DNA from: Acidobacteriota bacterium
Lineage (GTDB): Bacteria; Acidobacteriota; Vicinamibacteria; Fen-336
NCBI GenBank assembly: GCA_011526565.1
Contig: WYBL01000026.1
Location: forward strand, 103,928-167,927
Reading direction: 5' to 3'
Length of the DNA stretch: 64,000 bases
Shown: positions 30,183 to 39,758 of the stretch, piece after piece
Position numbering within the stretch: position 1 is the first letter of the stretch
Layout of the letters: each line of letters begins with the position of its first letter
Made by a program: the position numbers and the translations under genes
Notes under the pieces: generated by a model
Told to the model about the DNA's origin: nothing
The model's database searches: none
The model's input: only the letters and a program-made list of their open reading frames with translations

Positions 30183-31544
30183 CTAGCGGACGCCCTCGCG
30201 GCGCAGCGCGTCGGGGGCGAAGTCGGCCTCGACGATCTTCGCGCTGAAGTCGAAGGGGACCGTCTCGTTGGACAGGCCGTAGGCCAGGTACCGGCCAGCC
30301 TGCAGGTCGGTGTGGACCTCGGCCGTCACCCAGGTCAGCGGCACCTCGTAGTAGTTGAGGGCGAAGCCCTCGGACAGCCGCCAGAGCTGGTCGCGGTTGT
30401 CGTACTGGTCGACGGCCAGGATCTGCCACGAGTCCTCGTCGACGTAGAACGTGCGGCGCTTGTAGATGTGGCGCGCGCCTTCCTTCAGCGTCGCGTCGAC
30501 CACCCACACGCGGTGCAGCTCGTAGCGCAGGTGCTCCGGGTTGACGTGCAGCGGGGTCAGGATGTCCTTGTACTTCAGCTTGCCGCTGTGCAGCTTGTAG
30601 GAGTTGTAGGGGACGTACATCTCCTTCTTGCCGACCAGCTTCCAGTCGTAGCGGTCGACGCCGCCGTTGAACATGTCGAGGTTGTCCGAGGTGCGCATGC
30701 CGTCCGACGCCGTGCCCGGGTTGTCGTACGCGACGTTGGGGGCGCGGCGCACGCGGCGCTGGCCGGGGTTGTAGACCCAGGCGTCGCGCGGCTGCTTGAT
30801 CTGGTTGAGGGTCTCGTGCACCAGCAGGATGCCGCCCGCCAGCCGCGCCGGCGCCTGCACCTTCTGGCGGAACAGCAGGATGCGGTTCTTCACCGACGCC
30901 TCGGTCGCGTTCTTCTGCGAGTAGGGCGAGTAGAAGTCCTCCTCGAACTCGACCAGCGTGTAGTTCCCGCCGCGGGTCGGCGCCGCCTGCACGAACTGCC
31001 GCCGGGCGGCCTCGCCGCGGTAGCGCAACAGGTGGTTCCAGATCGGGTGCAGGCCCTCCTTCGGCACCGGGAACGGGATGCCGATCACGGAGTTCTCGAC
31101 CGCGTTGCCGTTGGGGCCGAGCTTGGCGGTGGCCGCCGTCTTCTTCGTGGCGTCGTAGATCCGCTGCGGGGCCGAGGCGCTGCGCCGCGTCGGGTACACG
31201 TTCATCTTGTAGCTGGGGTAGGCCTTCAGCAGCGCCTTGTGGCCCTCGGTCAGCTTCGCCGCGTACTGGTCCATGTTGGCTGCCGTGATCGTGAACTTCA
31301 CGGCGTCGGCGGCGAACGGGTCGACGTGGCGCATGCCCGGCTTGTAGCCGGCCGGCGCCTTGGTGATCCCGCCGTCCCAGGCCGGGATGCTGCCGTCGGC
31401 GTTGCCGGCCTTCTCGCCGCCCATCGGCGTCAGGTCGTTGCCCAGGCGGGCGACGTCGGAAGGCGCGAGCTGCGCCGTGCCGAGGCCGGCCAGCGCCAGC
31501 GCCAGCGCCCCGACCACCAGGGAGTTCTTGGCTCGCATGGTCAT
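30183..31544 (-). CDS. DUF1329-family protein (outer-membrane lipoprotein-sorting-like; LolA-like fold)
   Basis: It has a signal peptide and characteristic family composition. It is in conserved synteny with DUF1302, BNR and MMPL. Confidence 0.7.
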   Translation of the reverse strand: MTMRAKNSLVVGALALALAGLGTAQLAPSDVARLGNDLTPMGGEKAGNADGSIPAWDGGITKAPAGYKPGMRHVDPFAADAVKFTITAANMDQYAAKLTEGHKALLKAYPSYKMNVYPTRRSASAPQRIYDATKKTAATAKLGPNGNAVENSVIGIPFPVPKEGLHPIWNHLLRYRGEAARRQFVQAAPTRGGNYTLVEFEEDFYSPYSQKNATEASVKNRILLFRQKVQAPARLAGGILLVHETLNQIKQPRDAWVYNPGQRRVRRAPNVAYDNPGTASDGMRTSDNLDMFNGGVDRYDWKLVGKKEMYVPYNSYKLHSGKLKYKDILTPLHVNPEHLRYELHRVWVVDATLKEGARHIYKRRTFYVDEDSWQILAVDQYDNRDQLWRLSEGFALNYYEVPLTWVTAEVHTDLQAGRYLAYGLSNETVPFDFSAKIVEADFAPDALRREGVR

Positions 31545-31558
31545 CTGTCCTTTCGCAC

Positions 31559-33457
31559 TCAGAAGGAGAACTTGACGTTGGTCGCGAGGAAGTCGCGATC
31601 CGCGATCAGGTTGTAGCGCCCGGCGCCGCTGAACGCCGTGTAGCTGACGTCGAACTCCCAGTTGATCTTGTAGTTCGCCGTCAGGCCGACGGTCAGCGCC
31701 TTGCGGCCCTCCAGGAAGTTGCCGCCGGGGCCGGGCGAGACGCCCTTCACGTCGTGGGCCCACGAGAAGCGCGGGATCAGGTTCACCGAGCTGAAGGCGT
31801 TGTTGTACTCGAGGCGGCCGGCCACGACGTAGCCCCAGGACGTGGCGTCGGGGAAAGCCGACTCCGGCTCGGTACCGGGCTGCACGCCCGCCTGCTGGTG
31901 GATCGCGTTGCCCGAGGTGTACGTGCCCGGGCCGTCGAGGCGCAGCGTCGACTTGTCCGGCATGTCGTGGACGGTGCTGACCGCGCCCTCCGCAACCAGC
32001 GTCGCCTGGTCGGCGCCGAGCAGGTTGGCGAAGATCTTGGTCGCGGTCATCTGGTACTGGGTGGTGTCGAAGCGGCGGTAGCCCTCGATCACGACAGGGT
32101 TGGTCGCGGTGCTGAACTCGTAGCCGCCGAGCTGGCCGGTCTGGGCCAGCAGGCCGCCGACCTGGGCGAGCCGCACGAAGCTGGGGATCGTGATCCGTCG
32201 CAACGGGGTCAGCGCGGCGTAGAGCAGCTCGAGGTCGTCGACCTGCAGCGGCACGTCCTTGCGGTGGGCGACCTCGCCCTGCAGCGCGATGCCGGTGCGC
32301 CCGAGCTGGGTGTTGAAGCTGGCGCCGAAGAGCTTGATGTCCTCGGGGTAGCTCTGGAAGTAGCGGGCCGAGGCGGCGTAGTTGAGGCCCGGGGCGACGC
32401 CGCCCGGGGTGCCCGGCGGCAGCACCGCGCCGAACTGGCCGGTCACCGCGTTGATGAGCGGCAGCCGCGAGTGGTAGTTGATGAAGTACAGGCCGAACTC
32501 GGTGCCGCCGAGCGAGTCGACGAAGAAGCGCATCGCCGCGCCGTACTGACCCTGGTCGTCCGCCTCGAGGTCCGCCTGGCGGCGCACGACGAAGCCGATC
32601 GGGTTGGTCGGCACCGGAGCGATCGCGATCTGGTCGGGCACCGCGCCGAAGCCCAGCATCACGCGCTCGCCGCCGCGGCCGGCGAGGTCGGAGGTCGAGA
32701 AGTAGGTGCCCGACGGGTCGATGATCGTCGGCTCCCACTCGAACTGGTAGAAGCCTTCGAGCGAGATGGCCTTGGTGAGCCCGATCGAGGTCCACGCGAT
32801 GCCCACCGGCAGCAGGCCTTCGCGCAGCTCGGAGCCGGGCACGCGCAGGGCGCTGACGTCGATCGGGTTGATCACGTTGATGCCGTTCTGGATGAAGGTG
32901 CTCTCGCCCCAGCTCACCACCTGGCGGCCGACGCGCAGCTCGACCGGCACGCTGCCGAGGTCGAAGCCCGCGAACGCGAAGGCGTCGCGCAGCTCGATGC
33001 GGGTGCCGACCCGGTCGAGCGCGTCTTCGCTCAGCGGGGTGCGGGCGCGGTCACCTTCCTCGTTTTCGTAGTCGTAGTAGGCGAAGCCGCGGACGAAGGC
33101 GCCGAAGCGCTTCTTGTAGCGCAGCTCGGCCTCGCTGGTGGCCTTCAGGGCGTTGCTGTAGATGCCCTTGTCGTAGTTCAGGTTGCCGTCGTCCCCGTTC
33201 ACCGAGAAGGCACGACCGCCGTTGGTCAGGCCCACGATGTCGAGGTTGCGTTCGGCCATGCGGAAGGCGAGCCCGTAGGACACGGTCGTGTCCCAGCGGA
33301 ACTCGAGTTCGCTCGGTTGTTCGGAGCGTGGCTCTTCGGCGGGTTCCGCGTCCTGGGCCAGCGCGGTCCCTGCCGCCAGCGGCAGGATCGCGATCCCGAG
33401 GACGAGCCCGCGGAAGGCCGCGGCGTTGGTCCAAGACGACGCCCAGGTCATGCGCAT
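31559..33457 (-). CDS. DUF1302-family outer-membrane beta-barrel-like protein
   Basis: Signal peptide. It is aromatic-rich and ends ...NVKFSF (C-terminal Phe typical of outer-membrane beta-barrels). Synteny as above. Confidence 0.7.
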   Translation of the reverse strand: MRMTWASSWTNAAAFRGLVLGIAILPLAAGTALAQDAEPAEEPRSEQPSELEFRWDTTVSYGLAFRMAERNLDIVGLTNGGRAFSVNGDDGNLNYDKGIYSNALKATSEAELRYKKRFGAFVRGFAYYDYENEEGDRARTPLSEDALDRVGTRIELRDAFAFAGFDLGSVPVELRVGRQVVSWGESTFIQNGINVINPIDVSALRVPGSELREGLLPVGIAWTSIGLTKAISLEGFYQFEWEPTIIDPSGTYFSTSDLAGRGGERVMLGFGAVPDQIAIAPVPTNPIGFVVRRQADLEADDQGQYGAAMRFFVDSLGGTEFGLYFINYHSRLPLINAVTGQFGAVLPPGTPGGVAPGLNYAASARYFQSYPEDIKLFGASFNTQLGRTGIALQGEVAHRKDVPLQVDDLELLYAALTPLRRITIPSFVRLAQVGGLLAQTGQLGGYEFSTATNPVVIEGYRRFDTTQYQMTATKIFANLLGADQATLVAEGAVSTVHDMPDKSTLRLDGPGTYTSGNAIHQQAGVQPGTEPESAFPDATSWGYVVAGRLEYNNAFSSVNLIPRFSWAHDVKGVSPGPGGNFLEGRKALTVGLTANYKINWEFDVSYTAFSGAGRYNLIADRDFLATNVKFSF

Positions 33458-33734
33458 GAATCCCCCTTGTCGAACGGCTGTCGAGGCAATAGCCAAGGCT
33501 ATGCCAGAACCGAGCCACCCCGCGAGCCGGCCACCGACGCGTTCTCCGGCAATCCGTTCGCGGCCGCGCACGGACTGCGCCCGTCTTTTCGTGACGCGAT
33601 GCGTTATGCGGGGTCTCCCTGACGGTTCGTTCAGGGACTCTTCAGCGGCATGGATTCGGTCGGCCGCCGATCTTCCCGGACAGGCAAGGCCTCGGCCTGC
33701 GTTCGTGTGGCTTCGGGGTCTGGCAGGAGGAGCA

Positions 33735-34661
33735 ATGCGACATCATGAACATCGTCGGCGCTGGGCCGTGGGCCTCGCGCTGGCGGGCTGCCTGGCCTGG
33801 ATCACGGCGGCGACCGCCGCCAAGCCCCCGGAGAAGGCCGTGGACTGGCCCGGTTTCAACCCCGCGTTCGCGGGCGCCACCTACGTCGACGACGTCTCCA
33901 CGTGCGCGACCTGCCACGAGGACGCCGTCAAGGGCTTCGGTTCGACCCACCACGCCCGTGCGCTGGCCCAGGGCAAGGCCGAGGCGAACCAGTGCGAGAG
34001 CTGCCACGGCCCGCGGAGCAAGCACGTCGAGAACCCCGGCGACGAGCTGGCGTTCGACAAGCTGACCACGCCCCAGCAGTCCGCCGTCTGTCTCCAGTGC
34101 CACCAGGGCGGGACCCGGATGGGCTGGAAGGCCGGCGCCCACCACCGCGGCGACGTGAGCTGCACGTCGTGCCACGACGTGATGGCCAAGCGCAGCGACC
34201 GCGCGCTGCTGACGAAAGCCAGCGCGACCGACACCTGCTACCAGTGCCACGCCGACGTGCGCGGCGACATGAGCAAGCCTTCGCACCACCCCGTGCGCGA
34301 GGGCGCGATGGACTGCGCGAGCTGCCACAACGTGCACGGCTCCAAGCCGGGCCTGCTGGTGAAGAACACGCTCAACGAAACCTGCACCACCTGCCACGCC
34401 GAGAAGCGCGGGCCGTTCCTGTGGGAGCACGCGCCGGTGCGCGAGAGCTGCGCCAACTGCCACGAGGCGCACGGCTCGGCCAACCGCAACCTGCTCACGA
34501 TCAAGGACTCGTTCCTGTGCCTGAGCTGCCACTCCTACGGCGGCCACATCAACCTGCCGCGCTACAACCGCACCAACAACCCGCTCGGGTCCGGGTGCGT
34601 GAACTGCCACATCGCGACCCACGGATCGAACCACCCGTCGGGCGCCAAGCAGATGCGGTAA
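33735..34661 (+). CDS. mtrA: Periplasmic decaheme c-type cytochrome, MtrA/DmsE/MtoA/PioA family
   Basis: Ten CxxCH motifs: CATCH, CESCH, CLQCH, CTSCH, CYQCH, CASCH, CTTCH, CANCH, CLSCH, CVNCH. Size about 308 aa. Signal peptide. GGAGGAG Shine-Dalgarno before the ATG. Confidence 0.85.
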   Translation: MRHHEHRRRWAVGLALAGCLAWITAATAAKPPEKAVDWPGFNPAFAGATYVDDVSTCATCHEDAVKGFGSTHHARALAQGKAEANQCESCHGPRSKHVENPGDELAFDKLTTPQQSAVCLQCHQGGTRMGWKAGAHHRGDVSCTSCHDVMAKRSDRALLTKASATDTCYQCHADVRGDMSKPSHHPVREGAMDCASCHNVHGSKPGLLVKNTLNETCTTCHAEKRGPFLWEHAPVRESCANCHEAHGSANRNLLTIKDSFLCLSCHSYGGHINLPRYNRTNNPLGSGCVNCHIATHGSNHPSGAKQMR

Positions 34662-34671
34662 GGGAGGCACC

Positions 34672-37104
34672 ATGAACCCGATCATCCGAATCGCCCTCTC
34701 CGCCCTGCTGCTGGCTCCCCTCTGCGCCGTCGCGGAGGACGCCCCGGCCCAGGTCTCGGGCACGGTCAGCACCGGCGCCCGGGCTGTCGACAACGACACC
34801 AACTCGTCGAAGTTCACCGAGTACCGCGACCTCGACGACCAGGTGTTCGTGCCGCGGCTCACGCTCGACGTGTTCGATCCGAAGACGCGCCGGTACTTCG
34901 AGTTCGCCGGCCAGAACGTCAGCCTTGCCGACCAGCGGCTGTTCGGCCGCGTCGGCGAGCTCGATCGCTGGAAGGCCAGCGTCGACTGGGTCGACGTGCC
35001 GCACAACTTCAGCAACAAGGCGCAGACGCCGTACCTGCGCCGCGGCCCGGGCCTGCTCGAGGTGCCGTCGAACGTCGGCATCACCTTCAAGAAGCTGGCG
35101 ACGGCGGCGGCGGACGCGCCGGGCGTCCTGGCCTCGGACCTGCTGATCGCCGCCTACCAGGCGGGCGCTCTCGGCCCCACGCCGCTGGCGACGCAGAACG
35201 CGTTCGGCCGCCTGGCCTTCGAGTACTCCGCCGTCGACGACCTCAAGCTCGGCGTCCAGTACGACCGCCGCGGCCGCGAGGGCCTCAAGGTCGGCTACGG
35301 CCCGATCGGCGACCGGCCGCCGCGCACGCTCGGCGTGCAGCTCCCGGAACCCGTCGACCACCTGAACCAGGACCTGACGCTGTCGGCCGAGTGGGCGCGT
35401 GACCGCTTCCAGGCCCAGCTCAGCTACGTCTACTCCGACTTCGCGAACGCGATCGACACCCTGACCTGGGAGAACCTGTACGCGAGCCAGGCCCCGGGTG
35501 CGACGACCGACGTCTGGGACCGCGCGGTCTCGACCTACGGCCGCCGCCCGCTGGCCCCGGACAACCGCTCGCACACCGTCCAGGCCGCGTTCTCGGTCGA
35601 GCTGCCGAAGGACAGCCTGCTCAGCGCGACGCTCGCCTACGGCCGCCTCGAGCAGGACCAGGAGCTGCTGCCGTACAGCTACAACTCCGACGTTCTGGCC
35701 AACCGCACGCTGCCACGCTCGTCGGCCGAGGCGCAGATGACCACCGTCCAGGCGCTGGTCGACTACGTCGTCGCGCTCGGCTCGCGCGCCGACCTGCGCG
35801 CGTACGTGCGCCACTTCGAGCTCGAGAACGAGACGCCCGAAGCGCGGTGGCAGTACGTGACCTCCGACACGCCCAACCTCAACGGCACCGTCTCGTTCAA
35901 GAACCAGCGCGTCAACCTGGCTTACGCCCAGGACCGCACCAGCGCTGGCGCGACGGCGACCTTCCGCCTCGAGAGCGCGTGGAACGGCAGCCTGGGTCTC
36001 GGCTATGCGTGGGATTCGGTCGACCGCGACTACCGCGAGGCCGACACCGACGAGCACAGCTTCGTCGCCACCTTCCGGGCGCGGCCCGCGAAGTGGGCGC
36101 GCCTGCGCGCCAGCTACACGTACGGCCAGCGCGACGGCGACTACGACCCGTTCGTGACGCGGCAGAGCTACTGGTACCCGCAGTCGGCGGCAACCGACCT
36201 CGACAACCCCGCGCTCTCCTTCAGCAACCACCCGGACATGGTCCGCTACGACGTGTCCGACCGGCTGCGGCATCGGGCCGAGGCCTCGCTGAGCCTGGCC
36301 CCGAAGGACACCTGGTCGCTGACCGGCAGCGTGCGCTACACGAAGGACGACTTCGACTCCGAGGTGCAGCCGTGGGTGGCGAACGTCGGCCAGATCGGCG
36401 CCACCTCGCCGGGCGACCAGCTCGGCCTGCTCGAGCAGCAGTCCCTGCGCTTCGCCCTCGACGGCGTCTGGATGCCGACCGAGCGCGCGACCCTGAACGC
36501 GTTCGTGAGCTGGAACGCCGGCGCCAGCCTCCAGCGTTCGCTGGAGTACAACGAGAACAACAAGCTGAATCCGAGCACGGTGGCCACGGCGGAGCTGGGT
36601 CCCTGGACCCGCGCCTCCAGCCAGTGGACGGCCGACTTCGACGACGTCGCGTTGACGGCCGGCCTCGGCGCGGAGTTCAAGCTGCGCGACCGGGTGACGC
36701 TCAGCGCCCACTACACCGCCTCGATCACGGACATCGAGCTGCTGTATTCGGGCTACGGTGTCACCAACTGGGACGGCACGCCGTATCCGGCCAACCACCA
36801 GTTCGGGTTCCCGCAGAACCCGCCGGTGATCAACCAGGACTGGCATGTCGTCGACGTCCGCCTCGAGTTCCCCGTGATCCGGGACCTGATGGCCACCGTC
36901 GGCTACGGGTACGAGCGCTACCGCACCGACGACTGGCAGCAGTCGGCGGGCCAGTCGTGGTCCGAATCGGTCGGCAGCGAGTTCCTGGTCCGCGACTCGT
37001 CCCGCTCCCACCAGTGGGGCAACCGGTTCTTCAACCTCGGCAGCTACCTGGCGCCGAGCTACGACGCCCACGTCGCGTGGGCGGCGTTCACCTACCGCTT
37101 CTAG
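34672..37104 (+). CDS. mtrB: MtrB/PioB-family outer-membrane beta-barrel porin of a porin-cytochrome conduit
   Basis: It is 810 aa with a signal peptide and alternating amphipathic strands. The C-terminus is ...AWAAFTYRF. It lies immediately downstream of the decaheme gene (10-nt gap with GGGAGG). Confidence 0.8.
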   Translation: MNPIIRIALSALLLAPLCAVAEDAPAQVSGTVSTGARAVDNDTNSSKFTEYRDLDDQVFVPRLTLDVFDPKTRRYFEFAGQNVSLADQRLFGRVGELDRWKASVDWVDVPHNFSNKAQTPYLRRGPGLLEVPSNVGITFKKLATAAADAPGVLASDLLIAAYQAGALGPTPLATQNAFGRLAFEYSAVDDLKLGVQYDRRGREGLKVGYGPIGDRPPRTLGVQLPEPVDHLNQDLTLSAEWARDRFQAQLSYVYSDFANAIDTLTWENLYASQAPGATTDVWDRAVSTYGRRPLAPDNRSHTVQAAFSVELPKDSLLSATLAYGRLEQDQELLPYSYNSDVLANRTLPRSSAEAQMTTVQALVDYVVALGSRADLRAYVRHFELENETPEARWQYVTSDTPNLNGTVSFKNQRVNLAYAQDRTSAGATATFRLESAWNGSLGLGYAWDSVDRDYREADTDEHSFVATFRARPAKWARLRASYTYGQRDGDYDPFVTRQSYWYPQSAATDLDNPALSFSNHPDMVRYDVSDRLRHRAEASLSLAPKDTWSLTGSVRYTKDDFDSEVQPWVANVGQIGATSPGDQLGLLEQQSLRFALDGVWMPTERATLNAFVSWNAGASLQRSLEYNENNKLNPSTVATAELGPWTRASSQWTADFDDVALTAGLGAEFKLRDRVTLSAHYTASITDIELLYSGYGVTNWDGTPYPANHQFGFPQNPPVINQDWHVVDVRLEFPVIRDLMATVGYGYERYRTDDWQQSAGQSWSESVGSEFLVRDSSRSHQWGNRFFNLGSYLAPSYDAHVAWAAFTYRF

Positions 37105-37180
37105 AGCTTCCAGCGGGCGTCGGCCGCCAGAGGCCGGCGCCCGCATCCAAGGCCTGATCGTCCTTTCCGGTGGTGTTCCG

Positions 37181-37229
37181 GGCCGGAGCAGTCTCGCGGG
37201 TCGAGGGCCCCGCGCGACCCGCTCCGGCC
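37181..37229 (+). terminator. Strong nested GC hairpin between mtrB-like and the response regulator. It is a candidate terminator/attenuator with no U-tract.
   Basis: The hairpin is GGCCGGAGC-agtctc-GCGGGTCG-agggccccg-CGACCCGC-TCCGGCC. Confidence 0.35.
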
Positions 37230-37252
37230 CTCCTTTCGGGGAGCGGCCGGGT

Positions 37253-37984
37253 ATGCTCGAGCGCAACGAGATCGAGATGGCCGAGCCCGCCCCCGCCCGC
37301 ATCCTCGTCGTCGAAGACGAGCCGAAGGTCGCCGAGGCCCTGGGGGCCGGGCTCCGCGACGCGGGCTTCGCGATCGACGTGGCCCACGACGGCGAGGAGG
37401 GGTTCTTCCTGGCCGCGTCCGAGAGCTTCGACGCGATCGTGCTCGACCGCGTCCTGCCCGGCCGTGACGGCCTCTCGATCCTGGCCGCGCTGCGCCGCAA
37501 GGGCGTGCTGGTGCCCGTGCTGGTGCTGACCGCGCTGGACGGCGTGGACGAGCGGGTCGCGGGCCTCGAGGCCGGCGCCGACGACTACCTCGCCAAGCCG
37601 TTCGCCTTTCCCGAGCTGGTGGCGCGCCTGAAGGCGCTGCTGCGGCGCGGCCGCGGCGACAACCTGCTCCAGCTCGCCGTGGCCGACCTCAGGATCGCCG
37701 TCGCGCGTCGCGAGGTGACCCGGGCGGATCGGCTAATCGAGCTGACGCCCCGCGAGTACGAGCTGCTCGAGTACCTCGTGCGGCACCGCGGCCAGATCGT
37801 CTCCCGCGAGATGCTGGCCCGCGACGTGTGGAAAGAGACCCAGCGCGGCACGCCACTCGACAACGTGATCGACGTCCACGTCACCCGCCTGCGAAAGAAG
37901 ATCGACCAGGGCTTCGAGCCGCGCCTGATCCACACCGTGCGCGGGGTCGGCTTCCTGCTCGGGCCCCAGGGAGACGGCGCCTGA
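37253..37984 (+). CDS. OmpR/PhoB-family two-component response regulator (alternative start at 37277)
   Basis: The receiver is ILVVEDEPKVAEAL...IVLDRVLPGRDGL...LVLTALDG. The winged-helix output is TPREYELLEYLVRHRGQIVSRE...VRGVGFLL. Confidence 0.85.
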   Translation: MLERNEIEMAEPAPARILVVEDEPKVAEALGAGLRDAGFAIDVAHDGEEGFFLAASESFDAIVLDRVLPGRDGLSILAALRRKGVLVPVLVLTALDGVDERVAGLEAGADDYLAKPFAFPELVARLKALLRRGRGDNLLQLAVADLRIAVARREVTRADRLIELTPREYELLEYLVRHRGQIVSREMLARDVWKETQRGTPLDNVIDVHVTRLRKKIDQGFEPRLIHTVRGVGFLLGPQGDGA

Positions 37985-39378
37985 AGCGCGTCGGCTCGCT
38001 GCGCCGGCGCCTCACCCTCCACTACACTGGGGTGCTGGGCCTGACGCTGGCACTCTACGGGGCAGGCACCTGGGCGCTGCTCCGTTCCCATGCCCGCGAC
38101 GAGCTCGACCACCGGCTCGAGGAGGACCTCGGTCGCGCCGTGCGCGGCGCCGCGGTGGCGGCCGACGGCACGGTCTGGTGGCGCAACCCCGCGGAGTTCG
38201 CGCGGCGCACGTCCGACCCCAGCCGCGGCCACTGGGCCGAGATCTGGAGCGGCGAAGGACGGCTGTTGCTGGACGGGGCGACGAGCCAGCCGCTCGAACT
38301 GGGACCGGTCCCGTCGACCCACGAGTTGCACGCCGAGCCCCGGAGTCGCCGGATCGACGGGCGCCGGGTGCGCGTGATGGCGCGGCTGCAGCCGATCGAC
38401 GGCCAGCTCTTCGCCGTCCGTGTCGCCATCTCCGAAGAGCCGATGCACCACCGGCTCGGCGACCTGCTCAAGGGGCTGGCGGCCGCGTTCCCCCTGATGC
38501 TGGGCCTGGCCGCGCTGGGCGGCCGCGCGGTGCTGGGCCGGGCCCTGGCCCCGCTGGCGGAGATGGCGCGCCGCGCCCACCGCATCAGCGCCGAGCGGCT
38601 GTCCGATCGGCTGGCGGTCCCGGAGGACGGCGGCGAGCTCGCGCAGCTCGCTGCGGCCTTCAACGAGGCGTTCGCCCGGCTCGAGCAGTCGTTCGGCCAG
38701 TTGCAGCGCTTCACTGCCGACGCCTCGCACGAGCTGCGCACGCCGCTCACGGCGCTGCGCAGCGTCGGCGAGGTGGGCCTGGCCCCGGGCAAGTCCGCCG
38801 CGGAGTACCGCGAGGTCGTGGCCTCGATGCTGGAGGAAGCGGACCGGCTCACGCGGCTGGTCGACGCGCTGCTCCAGTTGTCGCGGGCGGAAGCGGGGCG
38901 CCTGGCGTTGCACGTGGAGCGGCTCGACCTCGGGGCGCTGGCCTGCGACGTCGCCCAGCAGCTCGCGGTGCTGGCCGAGGAGCGCGGCCAGCAGCTCGCC
39001 TGCGATTCCTGCGCGCGGGCCGAGATCGACGGCGACCGGGTCGTGCTGCGGATGGCCGTGATGAACCTGATCGACAATGCGATCAAGTACGGGCGGGTCG
39101 GCGGCCGCGTGGAACTTGCCACGACCACGCGCGACGACGGGGCGATCGATGTCGCCATTCGCGACGACGGCCCCGGGATCTCCCCCGAACACCACGAGCG
39201 CGTGTTCGACCGCTTCTTCCGCGTCGATCGCGACCGCGCCCGGGTGCCGGGCGGGGCGGGCCTCGGCCTGGCGCTGGCGCGCTGGGCCGCCGAAGCCCAC
39301 GGCGGGCGCATCGAGCTGGAGAGCACGCCCGGGGCGGGCAGCACGTTCCGCCTGGTGCTGCCCGCCGCCGCGCGCTGA
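37981..39378 (+). CDS. Sensor histidine kinase (HisKA plus HATPase_c). The start is uncertain: CTG at 37981 or GTG near 38028.
   Basis: H-box FTADASHELRTPLTAL. N-box NLIDNAIKY. G-boxes DDGPGI and GGAGLGLAL. Confidence 0.8.
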   Translation: MKRVGSLRRRLTLHYTGVLGLTLALYGAGTWALLRSHARDELDHRLEEDLGRAVRGAAVAADGTVWWRNPAEFARRTSDPSRGHWAEIWSGEGRLLLDGATSQPLELGPVPSTHELHAEPRSRRIDGRRVRVMARLQPIDGQLFAVRVAISEEPMHHRLGDLLKGLAAAFPLMLGLAALGGRAVLGRALAPLAEMARRAHRISAERLSDRLAVPEDGGELAQLAAAFNEAFARLEQSFGQLQRFTADASHELRTPLTALRSVGEVGLAPGKSAAEYREVVASMLEEADRLTRLVDALLQLSRAEAGRLALHVERLDLGALACDVAQQLAVLAEERGQQLACDSCARAEIDGDRVVLRMAVMNLIDNAIKYGRVGGRVELATTTRDDGAIDVAIRDDGPGISPEHHERVFDRFFRVDRDRARVPGGAGLGLALARWAAEAHGGRIELESTPGAGSTFRLVLPAAAR

Positions 39379-39382
39379 GCCG

Positions 39383-39748
39383 TCAGGCCTTGCGGCGGGC
39401 CTCCACGAAGGAGCGCACGCACAGGATCACGAACACGAGGCACAGCGCCGCCGTCAGCGACTGGCCGGCGACCGCTGCGGGGCGCGCGAGCGGCTCGCCG
39501 GAGAGCAGGGCGGGCAGCTGAGCCAGGCCGCGGGCCGACCCGAGGAAGCCGAGCAGGCCGAGCGCGGCCGCGCCGTGCATCGCGTGGCGGCGCAGGTTCT
39601 CGCGCGTCGCGAGGCCGCCGAGCAGGGCCAACGGCAGGCCGATGAAGGCGGGGATCAGGGCGGTGACGCTGGCGGCGCCGGTTCCGACGTAGAAACCGAC
39701 GCCGACCAGGACGAGCAGGGAGCCGAAGACGATCGCGATCCGGGGCAT
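39383..39748 (-). CDS. Small integral membrane protein (4 predicted TM helices), hypothetical
   Basis: MPRIAIVFGSLLVLVGVGFYVG...LIPAFIGLPLALLGGLA...AALGLLGFLG...LCLVFVILCV. ATG at 39748. Confidence 0.55.
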   Translation of the reverse strand: MPRIAIVFGSLLVLVGVGFYVGTGAASVTALIPAFIGLPLALLGGLATRENLRRHAMHGAAALGLLGFLGSARGLAQLPALLSGEPLARPAAVAGQSLTAALCLVFVILCVRSFVEARRKA

Positions 39749-39758
39749 GGCGGCAAGT

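Noticed and set aside
34549-37500. 983-aa minus ORF antisense to mtrB-like
   Set aside because: Arg/Ala/Val/Gly-rich with no motifs. The plus-strand barrel gene has a signal peptide and coherent strand pattern.
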